From an uncultured Acidobacteriota bacterium (lineage in GTDB: Bacteria; Acidobacteriota; Thermoanaerobaculia; Gp7-AA8): a stretch of 64,000 nt of DNA. The DNA lies in contig CAVUKB010000004.1 in assembly GCA_963741955.1 (NCBI GenBank), forward strand, positions 32,001 through 96,000, written 5' to 3'. Within the stretch, counting starts at the first letter, position 1. Every line of letters starts with the position of its first letter. Positions 20,594-29,931 of this stretch are shown piece by piece. Below the pieces are notes generated by a model that saw only the letters and a program-made list of their open reading frames with translations, did no database searches and had not been told where the DNA came from. Both the position numbers and the translations under genes were made by a program.

Positions 20594-20767
20594 CCCGCAT
20601 TTCTCACACCATCTCTGCTGCGGAGACGGATAGCGGCCTGTCTACTACGTTGCGCATATCTTCGGCTCCTCGACATAGTCACCACTATGCCTTCATCGCC
20701 GAAGCTGCGCGCGCCTTGTATCCAGGCCGCTCTCCGCCTCCTCGCGTCGAGATGGTGTGAGAAATGC
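20594..20767 (+). mobile_element. MITE-A copy whose right TIR is split by ISL3 (remainder at 22352-22362)
   Basis: CCCGCATTTCTCACA left TIR; ...TGTGAGAAATGC | ISL3 | AGAAATGCGGG. Confidence 0.85.
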
Positions 20768-22351
20768 GGATCTCCTAACAGGTGTGTAGCAGAGTTCATA
20801 GGCCGAGAGGATGGAATGCGATTGCTGACGTACAGAGGAACGCCATTGCGATCAGAGCTTCCGCGGTGTGAAAGCCGAAAGCGCGGTGACTGAGCATTCG
20901 GATCTTGTTGTTGCAGCCTTCAGCAACTGCATTCGTGAGTCGATACTCGAAGTAACGGCGGATGCCAGGCCATTTCGCCGCGACGGTTCGCGCGAAGCGA
21001 ACGAGGGGTTGAATGCGGCTATGAACCGCGGACTGATACCAGCGCTTGAACCGTCGATCAGCTTGGCGGACGGACGAGGAGTCATAGATGTCCTGAAAGG
21101 ATTCCTTGACCAGGTAACTGCGAAAGAGGGTGTGATTCATCCGCGCGAGCTCCGAGAGTTTCGCCTCCTCGGCATCACGCAGGTTCCAGGGGTTCTTCAG
21201 GAGGACGAACCGAGTGGATTTGAGAGCGGAGCGCTCCTCGCCGGTGGCCTTTCGCATCTCGTCCCGCCTCACCTGATCGATCGCATTCCCGAGGAGTTGG
21301 ACCACGTGGAATCGATCGAAAACGACCTCGGCGTTCGGCAGTCGGTCGCGAACAGCTTTCTCGAAGGCCGCGCTCATGTCGATGCTCACCAGACGGATTC
21401 GCGCGCAGCGCTCGGGGCCGAGCAGATCGAACAGCCCGTCGAGAACCTCTGCACTTTTACCCTTCGCCGCCCAGATCATCTGCCCGGTCTCGTGGTTCGT
21501 GACCACGGTCATGAACTTCTTCGGCCGCCCCCAGCAGATCTCGTCGATGCCGATCCGGGTCAGATTCTCGAGCGCGTTCGGGTCGCGTTTTTCGGCAACC
21601 ACTCGAGCGGCGATCCGTCCGGCCGTGAGCCAGCTGACCTTGAAGTACGCCGAGACCGCGGTTTGATTGGATCGCTGCAGAAACCAGGCAAGCTCGTCTT
21701 CGAACGCGCGGGTGAACATCGAACCAGGCCGTGCCCACGGAACCGCGGCCGTTCGCACCCCGCAGCGGCGGCAACGCACCCGCGGCAGATCCGCCCGCAG
21801 CATCACCCGGCATCCCCAGAGGCCGAGATGACGCCATTCGCGATGCTTCATCACCGTTCCGTGAAGCTCGGGAGCAACCCGTCCGCACCCTCCGCACCGC
21901 GGACGTCTCCACGTTGGACTCACGTCGAGATAGAGACTCCGAGCTTCGAACCGAACCCCGCGAACCGTTACGTTTGCCATGTTGAGCAACTTCCGGAACA
22001 ATGTCGTCAGGCGCACCGTGCCTGTCCTCCCCGTGTCTTGGTTTCATCGACTACAGACTACGGGAAATGGGCAGCACGGTTCGCCGATTCCAACCTGCTA
22101 TCGCTGCTTCGATCTTCACCTCTCCACGAGCAGCGACTTTCGGGGCTCCTTCAGATCCTTCCGCGACGGCGGGGCAAGTTGTGGGAACGGCGGAAAACGC
22201 GGCGGCCGGGTGGCGGCGTTTTCCGCGGTTTCCACAACTTCGCTTTCCGAACGCTTCGGCGAACACCGACTTGCTCCTCGAAAACAGCCGCGTCGCCGTT
22301 CCTGCATGCCTCCGACAATCATTCCGCACCTACACACCTGTTAGGAGAACC
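20768..22351 (-). mobile_element. Complete ISL3-family insertion sequence (1584 bp)
   Basis: IRs GG(A/T)TCTCCTAACAGGTGTGTAG at both ends; 8-bp TSD AGAAATGC at 20760-20767 and 22352-22359. Confidence 0.95.
20796..22016 (-). CDS. ISL3 family transposase
   Basis: CxxC zinc-finger pairs, IGIDE, SIDMS, VFDRFHVV, AEGCNNKI, AFGF. Confidence 0.95.
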   Translation of the reverse strand: MRLTTLFRKLLNMANVTVRGVRFEARSLYLDVSPTWRRPRCGGCGRVAPELHGTVMKHREWRHLGLWGCRVMLRADLPRVRCRRCGVRTAAVPWARPGSMFTRAFEDELAWFLQRSNQTAVSAYFKVSWLTAGRIAARVVAEKRDPNALENLTRIGIDEICWGRPKKFMTVVTNHETGQMIWAAKGKSAEVLDGLFDLLGPERCARIRLVSIDMSAAFEKAVRDRLPNAEVVFDRFHVVQLLGNAIDQVRRDEMRKATGEERSALKSTRFVLLKNPWNLRDAEEAKLSELARMNHTLFRSYLVKESFQDIYDSSSVRQADRRFKRWYQSAVHSRIQPLVRFARTVAAKWPGIRRYFEYRLTNAVAEGCNNKIRMLSHRAFGFHTAEALIAMAFLCTSAIAFHPLGL

Positions 22352-22472
22352 AGAAATGCGGGCTACTGTCAATCGTGCCTCCGGCACTGGGAGTGGCGCG
22401 AGAGGGGGTGGGCGCGTGGTCATGGGATCGAGTGACCGGAGTTCGGGAGCAAAGGGCATGGAGCGTTGCGCC

Positions 22473-22761
22473 GTGCGTTGGGGCAACCAAAGTTTTGGAG
22501 TGCGGATGATCCGGGCGAGCGGGGCGACGGGGGCGAACATTCCGCGAACACGGACACGGGTCCTTGAAACTTCGGCCACAGGGCTTCACCCGGGGTTGCT
22601 CGTAATCGTGCCTACGGCACTGGGAGTGGCGCGAGTGGGAACGGGCGTGCCTCGTGCGTTGGGGCAACCAAAGTTTTGGAGTGCGGATGATCCGGGCGAG
22701 CGGGGTGACGCGGGCCAACATTTCGTGAACACGGGCACGGGTCCTTGAAACTTCGGCCACA
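22473..22761. repeat. Direct repeat of ~108 bp x2 (period ~181 bp), related to ~10900-10980
   Basis: GGGGCAACCAAAGTTTTGGAGTGCGGATGATCCGGGCGAGCGGGG...GGGTCCTTGAAACTTCGGCCACA twice. Confidence 0.8.
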
Positions 22762-22841
22762 CGGCTTCTTGCATCCAAGCCCGCTTCGCACTCCTCGCGA
22801 CGAATTCCGCTGAATAGTCCGGGCTGACGCTTGTCAGGATC

Positions 22842-23528
22842 TCACCGCGACGCCGCCAGCTGCACGGGTTCAGCCCGGTAGTGCTGCGGGTAGAGGCGCT
22901 TCAGCGCTTCGATCTTCGGCAGATCGTTGATCACGATGTACGGCTGACGCGGGTGTTTGATCAGGTAATCCTGGTGGTAATCTTCGGCGGGGAAGAAGCC
23001 GTCCAGCGGTTCGATCTTCGTCACGATCGGTGATGTGAAGATCTTCTCTTTCGTGAGCTGAGCGATGTAGGCGCGGGCCACCCGCTCCTGGCTTGGCGTG
23101 GCGAAGAAGATCTCCGATCGATAGCTCGGTCCCACATCCGGCCCCTGACGGTTGAGCTGCGTGGGGTCGTGCGCGACCGAGAAGAAGATGCGCAGCAACT
23201 CGCCGTACGAGATCGTCTTCGGGTCGAACGTGATCTCTACCGACTCCGCGTGACCAGTGCTTTCGGTCGACACCGCGTCGTAATGGGCCGTGGTGCTGTT
23301 GCCTCCGGAGAAGCCGGACACGACCCGTGTCACGCCCGCCACATGCTCGAACACTCCCTGCATGCCCCAGAAACAGCCGCCGGCCAGCACCGCGACCTGC
23401 GGCCCGGTCGCCTCAGCGGCAGGAATGTCGACCTGAGGAGCGGGGATCTCTCTCTTCGCACCGTCGGCGCTGGCGCTGCAGCCGACGAAGAGAGCGGCAA
23501 GGGCGAGAGTGGCGATCGATCGTTTCAT
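22842..23528 (-). CDS. msrA: Peptide-methionine (S)-S-oxide reductase, exported
   Basis: AGGCFWG, GHAESV, HDPTQLNRQGPDVG, AEDYHQDY; N-terminal signal or lipobox. Confidence 0.95.
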   Translation of the reverse strand: MKRSIATLALAALFVGCSASADGAKREIPAPQVDIPAAEATGPQVAVLAGGCFWGMQGVFEHVAGVTRVVSGFSGGNSTTAHYDAVSTESTGHAESVEITFDPKTISYGELLRIFFSVAHDPTQLNRQGPDVGPSYRSEIFFATPSQERVARAYIAQLTKEKIFTSPIVTKIEPLDGFFPAEDYHQDYLIKHPRQPYIVINDLPKIEALKRLYPQHYRAEPVQLAASR

Positions 23529-23709
23529 ACTCAATCGAAAACTCCGGCGATGTCAGGAGATTCCCGGGGCGACGCGGAATTACCGCAGAGGAGCCGAGAT
23601 CACGAAGAGGGCTCTGCGTCACCTCTGCGGTGCATAACCGCCACCGGGAGCGGAACCTGTCTCGCGGTGGACGGATCGTCAAACCATGCGACTCGATCAC
23701 CATGCCGCC

Positions 23710-24201
23710 TCATCGACGTTCCGGGGCGGCGGCAGTGACCGCGCTCCGCCGCAACAGAATGACGACGATGATGATCGCCGTCGGGAGGAGGACCGCAAGC
23801 GCGACGACCAGTGCGGCCGGCGCGATCGCGAGATTCGCCTGATCGACGAGAGGCCAGCGGCCGATCGCGACGACGGCCGCGACAGTGGCCCACAGCGTCG
23901 TCTCGAGGGCGTTGAGTCGTTCGCCGCCACGGACGTGAAATCCAGTCGCCATCAGCACGTTCGTGGCGAGGCCGATCGCCGCGAGCGGCGTGAGCCACGG
24001 CAGGACATTGGTGGCCATCGGAAGGACGAGACCTGCCGATCCGAGGAGCTCGGCGACGCCGATCGAGAGGACGAGCGGCCGCGGTACGCTCGAGAAACCG
24101 GTCCACTGCTCGAGCCCGCGGCCCGTGATCTTCGGAATGCCGGCACCGAGGAATAGCAGCGCGAGAAAGATCTGCACGAACCACAGAACGACGTTCACCA
24201 T
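23710..24201 (-). CDS. DoxX-family membrane protein
   Basis: MVNVVLWFVQIFLALLFLGAGIPK, IGVAELLG..GLVLP, LTPLAAIGL, FH. Confidence 0.8.
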   Translation of the reverse strand: MVNVVLWFVQIFLALLFLGAGIPKITGRGLEQWTGFSSVPRPLVLSIGVAELLGSAGLVLPMATNVLPWLTPLAAIGLATNVLMATGFHVRGGERLNALETTLWATVAAVVAIGRWPLVDQANLAIAPAALVVALAVLLPTAIIIVVILLRRSAVTAAAPERR

Positions 24202-24259
24202 TGCGGAGCTCCTGAAGTCGATGACGCGAGAATGTGTCCAAAGAGGGCCGCCAGGTGGA

Positions 24260-24892
24260 TCATGGAGTGCTCCTCTCCATGCCCGCCATGCCGACGATCG
24301 CGCGTACGTGCCGATTGTCCTCGAGCTCATCGAGAAGGAAGTGCGCGACATCGGCCCGGCTCACCACGAGCGTTCCCGCCGGCATGCGCCCGTCATCGAC
24401 TCGGTAGCGCGTCGTGAGCGCACCGTTCGTCAGCCGCGGCGGCCGGACGATCGTCCAATCGAGATCGCTCGCCGCGACGGTGCGCTCCATCGCGGCGGCG
24501 TCGACGGCGATGTTCCGCAACAGCGTGCGCCGCAGAATCGCGGCAGTGAATCCGATGTGACGGAACAGAACGGCCACAGAGACGAGCAGGAGACGACTCA
24601 CCGATGCGCTCTGCATCGCTTTGACCGTCACCGTTGCGGCATCGCCGAGGATCGTCGTGCGGCCGGGTCCGGGGGCGCCGAGAGCGGAGAGTACCGCGTC
24701 GTGCCCGGGCATGGCATCGCGCAGTTCGTCGAAGTTGAGCGGATCGCCGCGAACGATCGTGAGCGCACCGTCCGATCCGCGGAGTTTCTCGGGCGCTCGC
24801 ACGAAGGCCGTGGCGTGGTGGCCGCGCCTCAGCGCCTGATCGACGAGACCGCGGCCGGTTCCGCCGGTCGCGCCAAGAATGAGAATTCGCAT
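24260..24892 (-). CDS. NAD(P)H-binding flavin reductase-like (atypical SDR) protein
   Basis: GATGGTG, DAVLSALG, LDWTIVRP, VSRADVA. Confidence 0.9.
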   Translation of the reverse strand: MRILILGATGGTGRGLVDQALRRGHHATAFVRAPEKLRGSDGALTIVRGDPLNFDELRDAMPGHDAVLSALGAPGPGRTTILGDAATVTVKAMQSASVSRLLLVSVAVLFRHIGFTAAILRRTLLRNIAVDAAAMERTVAASDLDWTIVRPPRLTNGALTTRYRVDDGRMPAGTLVVSRADVAHFLLDELEDNRHVRAIVGMAGMERSTP

Positions 24893-24914
24893 CGAAGTCT
24901 TCCTCCGCAGAGAA

Positions 24915-24941
24915 GACCAGGCAGGCGCTTCGGTTGTGACA
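24915..24941 (-). promoter_or_regulatory. ECF41-type promoter
   Basis: Minus strand TGTCACA-N16-GGTC just upstream of the reductase RBS. Confidence 0.65.
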
Positions 24942-24946
24942 CCGCC

Positions 24947-25822
24947 TTACGACGGCGCAGGGGGCAAGCCGGGCAGATGAGCGAGTTTGTCGGGATTCGT
25001 GATCGCGTAGACGGCGGCAATGCGCCCGTGGCGAACCTGGATCGTGAACACGCCGAAGGGCCGGCCCTGCGCATACGTGACGATCGCCGTCTCGCCGTTG
25101 ATCTGAACCATCTCACGGACGAGATCCTGCGGCGTCTGACGGGCGATGCCGCCGACGATCGCCCGCGCCGCCTTGTCGGCTCCATGAACCAGATTGGGGA
25201 GGGCCGGCGCCTTGCCGCCGCCGTCGGTGTGGAGCACGACGTCGTCAGTGAGCAGCGCTGCCAGCGAACCGACGTCGCCGCTGAGCGCCGCGTCGTGGAA
25301 TCGCTGCAGGAGCGTATCGTGCTCCTCCGGCGTCGCCCGGAAGCGCGGCCGTTCGGCGCGAATGTGCTGTCGTGCGCGCCGGAGAATCTGACGGCAGTTC
25401 GCCTCGGTCACGCCGAGGGCCGACGCGATCTCGCCGTATTCGTAATCAAAGACTTCGCGCAGGAGAAAGACCGCGCGCTCCGTCGGATTCAATCGTTCCA
25501 GCAAGACCAGAAAGGCGATCGACAGTGTGTCGTCGCCGTCGGGAGAGGGCGCGATGAAGGGCTCAGGCAACCATTGCCCCACGTACTCTTCGCGACGCAC
25601 GCGCGCGGACTGCAGATGATTGATCGAGAGGCGAGTGATGATGGTGATGAGGAATGCTTTCGGCGAACGAATACCCTCCCGTTCCGCCTGCAGCCACCGG
25701 ATGAACGTCTCCTGCAGGATGTCCTCCGCGTCCGCCACGCTGCCCAGCATCCGGTAGGCGATGGAGAACAACAGACCGCGATGGGTATCGAACTCGCTGA
25801 GCCGTTTTTGATCTTCAGACAT
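24947..25822 (-). CDS. ECF41 (SigJ-like) sigma-70 factor with SnoaL-like C-terminal extension
   Basis: AYRMLGSVADAEDILQE, YVGQWLPEP, DGGGK, NPDKL. Confidence 0.93.
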   Translation of the reverse strand: MSEDQKRLSEFDTHRGLLFSIAYRMLGSVADAEDILQETFIRWLQAEREGIRSPKAFLITIITRLSINHLQSARVRREEYVGQWLPEPFIAPSPDGDDTLSIAFLVLLERLNPTERAVFLLREVFDYEYGEIASALGVTEANCRQILRRARQHIRAERPRFRATPEEHDTLLQRFHDAALSGDVGSLAALLTDDVVLHTDGGGKAPALPNLVHGADKAARAIVGGIARQTPQDLVREMVQINGETAIVTYAQGRPFGVFTIQVRHGRIAAVYAITNPDKLAHLPGLPPAPS

Positions 25823-25832
25823 TCATCTCAGA

Positions 25833-25859
25833 GACCGGATGCGGGGCGATTTTGTGACG
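25833..25859 (-). promoter_or_regulatory. ECF41-type promoter (likely autoregulatory)
   Basis: Minus strand CGTCACA-N16-GGTC ending 10 bp before the sigma ATG. Confidence 0.55.
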
Positions 25860-26008
25860 GGTCACAGAATCGGCGGCCGCACCGATGCCGGCGAGCCTCA
25901 ACAATACGAGGAGCGCGCATCGCGGAAAGCCGGCGCCGATCATGAGCCGCAGAACACCCTCGAGCCCGGTGTCTTCGGACCACGATCGACGCACCCCAGT
26001 GCCGGCCG

Positions 26009-26434
26009 TCAGTGCGAAAGAAGCTCGTCCGGCACCTTACCTCCGTGCTCCGACAGCTTCCGCATGACTTCCTTGTGGAGCCAGATGTTCATCGACGCGG
26101 AGTCGTTCGTGTCGCCGGTGTAATGGAGATCCGCGGCGAGAGCCTTTCGCGCCGAAAGAGTGCTTTCCATTCCGACCAGCTTCATCAGGTCGACGATGGA
26201 ATGTCTCCAGTCGAGCTTCTCCGAGCTCTTCGCCGCCAGACCGTCGAGCACCGCTGCGACATCTACCGCCGGAGAAGGAGCCACCCCAGCCGGCGATGCC
26301 GTACCCGCGGCGGCCGCGGCAACCTGAACCCTGGACTTCGGCACGGAACCATCCGGAGCCGCCGCGTCCGCCGGACGCGGTGCGGCTGCCGCCGCGTGGA
26401 AGACCTTGTTCACCAAATCGCCGAACATACCCAT
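26009..26434 (-). CDS. DUF3597 domain protein
   Basis: KLDWRHSIVDLMKLVG..SARKALA..DSASMNIWLHKEV..GGKVP. Confidence 0.85.
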   Translation of the reverse strand: MGMFGDLVNKVFHAAAAAPRPADAAAPDGSVPKSRVQVAAAAAGTASPAGVAPSPAVDVAAVLDGLAAKSSEKLDWRHSIVDLMKLVGMESTLSARKALAADLHYTGDTNDSASMNIWLHKEVMRKLSEHGGKVPDELLSH

Positions 26435-26777
26435 GATTTCCTCCTGATCATCTCTGTGGAACTGCGAGCGGCGTCTCGAACGTCGAGCGGCGCGATCACT
26501 CCTCCGCTCCCAAAGGCAGATTCGCCCCGCCTTGACGAATCTTTTCTGACGCTCGTGCCCTCACCAAGTATAGGTCGGAATCATGCAGCGGGTGCGACCA
26601 CCGATCCGATTGCACGCATGAGTCGGCTCCCACCGAGGTCAGCTGCACTGTCGCGATACGAACGGCGCAAGCAGGCGACCATTGCCAGCGATCGACATCC
26701 GGACCATGAGTTCAAATGGGAGTAGACTCATTTCGACGTCTGCGAAGGATCGCTGGCGAACCACAGGAGGAACGCGC

Positions 26778-27113
26778 ATGGCAGGAACATTCGTGATCGA
26801 GGTAGGAAAGACGGGCAGGTACCGATTCAACCTGAAAGCGGGAAACAGTCAGATCATTCTCTCCAGCGAGCAGTACGAGTCGAAAGCCGCTGCGAAGGAC
26901 GGGATCGAGGCGGTGCGGAAGAACGCGGCCGACGACGGCAGCTTCGTGAGAAAAGCCGCGAAGGACGGTAGCGCCTACTTCGTGATCAAGGCGCGGAATG
27001 GCGAGATTCTCGGGAAGAACGAGATGTACTCCTCGAAGTCCGGGATGGAGAACGGCATCAAGTCGGTGGCGACGAACGCGCCGACGGCGAAGGTCGTCGA
27101 TCGTTCGAGTTAG
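26778..27113 (+). CDS. YegP family (tandem DUF1508) protein
   Basis: RBS AGGAGG; FNLKAGNSQIILSSEQY and KARNGEILGKNEMYSS repeats. Confidence 0.9.
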   Translation: MAGTFVIEVGKTGRYRFNLKAGNSQIILSSEQYESKAAAKDGIEAVRKNAADDGSFVRKAAKDGSAYFVIKARNGEILGKNEMYSSKSGMENGIKSVATNAPTAKVVDRSS

Positions 27114-27169
27114 CCACGACTTTTCCTGGCGGGAGTGCGGCGCGGAGGGTCACGTCTGCGGAACGAAGC

Positions 27170-28610
27170 GTCTCCTGTCTCCGGCGGTCACGCCGCGTGC
27201 GGGAGCTCGTTCGCGCGGTTGCGCCGGCATCGCAGGCACGCGGCGCGCCCGCCGGGATTTGCGTGAAGGAGAGACGCGTTTGTTTTTCGTCCGCGCGAAC
27301 CCTGGGTTCGGGGCTGGCCCGCATTTCTCACATCGTCTCTGCTGCGGAGACGGATAGCGGCCCGCCTGCTACGTTGCGCACAGCTTCGGCTCCTCAACAT
27401 AGTCGCCACTATGCCTTCGTCGCCGAAACTGCGCGCGCCTTGCATCCAAGCCACTCTCCGCCTCCTCGCGACGAGACGGTGTGAAAAATACGGGCTATTG
27501 TCAATCGTGCCTACGGCACTGGAGGCTGCGCGAGTGAGAGTGAGTCGCGCCTGGTGGGGGAGAACTGCACGTGTTTCGCGAATTGCGACGAGGCGATTCG
27601 GCACGATTTCTGAATTCGGGTTTCGGTGTCGCCCCTCACCCTGACCCTCTCCCCGAATGGGGATGTCGGCTGAAGTTCGTGAATACGGACGGGGAGAGGG
27701 GACCGCCCCCCGACCCGGCGAGTGTGTGAGCATCCCACGGTCGTTCGGATCTCGCTGCCTCCGGCGGTCACGCCGCGTGCGGGAGCTCGTTCGTGCGGTG
27801 GCGCCGGCATCGCAGGCACGCGGCGCGCCCGCCGGGATTTGCGTGAAGGAGAGACGCGTTTGTTTTTCGTGCGCCCGAACCCTGGGTTCCGGCGCTTCGC
27901 GCCTTCACCCGGGGCCAGGAGTCTGCGCGATAGAAACGTCCGTAGCGAGAAAGCGGAGCAACGAGGCCAAATTCGTTCGGATTTGAGGTGCGTAGCGGTG
28001 GCTACTCGCCGAAAATCCGGGCGGATTTGGACCGTTGATCCGCTTTCGCAGTAGGACAGTTTCTACCGCGCAGACTCCTGGCCCGCATTTCTCACATCGT
28101 CTCTGCTGCGGAGACGGATAGCGGCCCGCCTGCTACGTTGCGCACAGCTTCGGCTCCTCAACATAGTCGCCACTATGCCTTCGTCGCCGAAGCTGCGCGC
28201 GCCTTGCATCCAAGCCACTCTCCGCCTCCTCGCGACGAGACGGTGTGAGAAATGCCTGCTTTGTCATTCGTGCCTACGGCACTGGGGGCTGCGCGAGTGA
28301 GAGTGAGTCGCGCCTGGTGGGCGAGAACTGCACGTGTTTCGCGAATTGCGACGAGGCGATTCTGCACGATTTCCGAATTCGGGTTTCGGTGTCGCCCCTC
28401 ACCCTGACCCTCTCCCCGAATGGGGATGTCGGCTGAAGTTCGTGAATACGGACGGGGAGAGGGGACCGCCCCCCGACCCGGCGAGTGTGTGAGCATCCCA
28501 CGGTCGTTCGGATCTCGCTGCCTCCGGCGGTCACGCCGCGTGCGGGAGCTCGTTCGCGCGGTGGCGCCGGCATCGCAGGCACGCGGCGCGCCCGCCGGGA
28601 TTTGCGTGAA
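27170..28610. repeat. Composite repeat cluster: MITE-A x2 (27318-27494, 28082-~28256), MITE-F (27919-28077), CCCTCACCCTGACCCTCTCCCC units x2
   Basis: ~27318-27850 duplicated at ~28082-28610; modules shared with 9.8-10.9 kb. Confidence 0.88.
27919..28077. mobile_element. MITE-F, 159-bp palindromic element
   Basis: TIRs GAGTCTGCGCG/CGCGCAGACTC, flanks CCAG/CTGG; left-half copy at 32184-32257 preceded by CTAG. Confidence 0.75.
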
Positions 28611-28653
28611 GGGAGCGGAGCGCGCGATCGGCGTCAAAGTGCAGCCGTGACCC

Positions 28654-28995
28654 TCACGTTCCTCCGCACAACGTCACGGTGCGGTACGCGGTGCGCCGCG
28701 TCGCGGGATCGTACTTTCCCTGACGGTAGGCGACGAGGCGTCCCTCATGAAATGTCAGGTCGAGCAGCTCGAGCTCCTTCGCGTTCTTCGACGGTTGACG
28801 GCTCTCGCGCGTCAGCCACTTCGCATCCGCGTCGCCGTATCCGAGCCGATGCGCGAGAGCAGTCACTTCCTCCCGCGTCATGCCGCATCGGAGCGAGCCG
28901 GCGAACGAGGCCTTCTGCGGCTCGGTCCGATTGCACCCGGTCGCGAGAAGGATGGCGCAGAGAGTCGCGGCGAGAAATCTCATCGCATTCATCAT
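28654..28995 (-). CDS. Hypothetical lipoprotein
   Basis: MNAMRFLAATLCAILLATGC lipobox-like N-terminus within the longer track ORF; exact start uncertain. Confidence 0.6.
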   Translation of the reverse strand: MMNAMRFLAATLCAILLATGCNRTEPQKASFAGSLRCGMTREEVTALAHRLGYGDADAKWLTRESRQPSKNAKELELLDLTFHEGRLVAYRQGKYDPATRRTAYRTVTLCGGT

Positions 28996-29206
28996 CGTCT
29001 CTTTTCGAGGACGAGTGTGATTCTTTTCGATGACAGTATGACCTGACCCCCACATGACGAAATTGTCATTCACCCAAGCGCTGAAACGCGAAACCCGCGT
29101 TCGCACGGGCCGTCCTATTCGTAACGGGTCCGCAGGAAGGTCCGTTCGATTCAGTCGATGCGTGGCCGACTCTTTGCACATCGTCGACGACGGCAGAAGG
29201 CAGGCT

Positions 29207-29707
29207 ATGGACTCAGTGAAGCGCCCGTTACTCGTCTCGCTCCTCTCGTTGTTGCTCGCAGTGTCCGCGTTTGCTGCGCCGCCCGCGGCCAGCGCCACCG
29301 CACCCGACTTCACCCTCCCTTCGACCTCGGGTACTGTCTCGCTCCACGAACTGCGCGGCAAGGTGGTTCTGGTCGACTTCTGGGCCTCGTGGTGTGCACC
29401 GTGCCGCGCATCGTTTCCCTGGATGAGCGGCATGCTCCAGAAGTACGGCTCGAAAGGTCTCGCGATCGTTGCGGTCAACCTCGACAAGAGCCGCGACCAC
29501 GCAGATGACTTTCTCGACAGGTTCCCCGCGCCATTCCGAATCGCATTCGATCCCGCGGGGCGGACCGCCGAGGCGTTTCACGTCGAGGCGATGCCGTCGA
29601 GCTTCATCATCGGCAGGTCGGGAACCATTCTCTACGAGCACCAGGGATTTCAGCCGGGACAGACTGCCGCGGTCGAAGACCGCATCAAGGAGGCACTCGC
29701 GCAATGA
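29207..29707 (+). CDS. TlpA-family thiol:disulfide oxidoreductase
   Basis: Signal peptide, APDFTL, VDFWASWCAPC, MPSSF. Confidence 0.92.
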   Translation: MDSVKRPLLVSLLSLLLAVSAFAAPPAASATAPDFTLPSTSGTVSLHELRGKVVLVDFWASWCAPCRASFPWMSGMLQKYGSKGLAIVAVNLDKSRDHADDFLDRFPAPFRIAFDPAGRTAEAFHVEAMPSSFIIGRSGTILYEHQGFQPGQTAAVEDRIKEALAQ

Positions 29708-29931
29708 CGGAAACCGTTCGGAAGCTCCTCCTCTCGTTTCTCGCCCTTCTCCTCTTCGCCATCGCCGGATGTACGACCGTTCAGCCATGGGATCGCGACC
29801 TTCTCGCGGAAAAGAGCATGAGCTTCGATCCGCACGCGATGCTTCGAAGCGTCGACGATCACATCTACTTCAGTAAGGAAGGCTCGACCGGCGGCAACAG
29901 CGTGGGAGGAGGAGGCTGCGGATGCAACTAG
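29704..29931 (+). CDS. DUF4266 small lipoprotein
   Basis: GC..VQPWDRDLLA..M..HIYFSKEG..GGGGCGCN. Confidence 0.9.
   Translation: MTETVRKLLLSFLALLLFAIAGCTTVQPWDRDLLAEKSMSFDPHAMLRSVDDHIYFSKEGSTGGNSVGGGGCGCN

Noticed and set aside
4952-22351. Composite transposon bounded by two ISL3 copies
   Set aside because: The left copy has no IRs, and the right copy carries its own matching TSDs on both sides.
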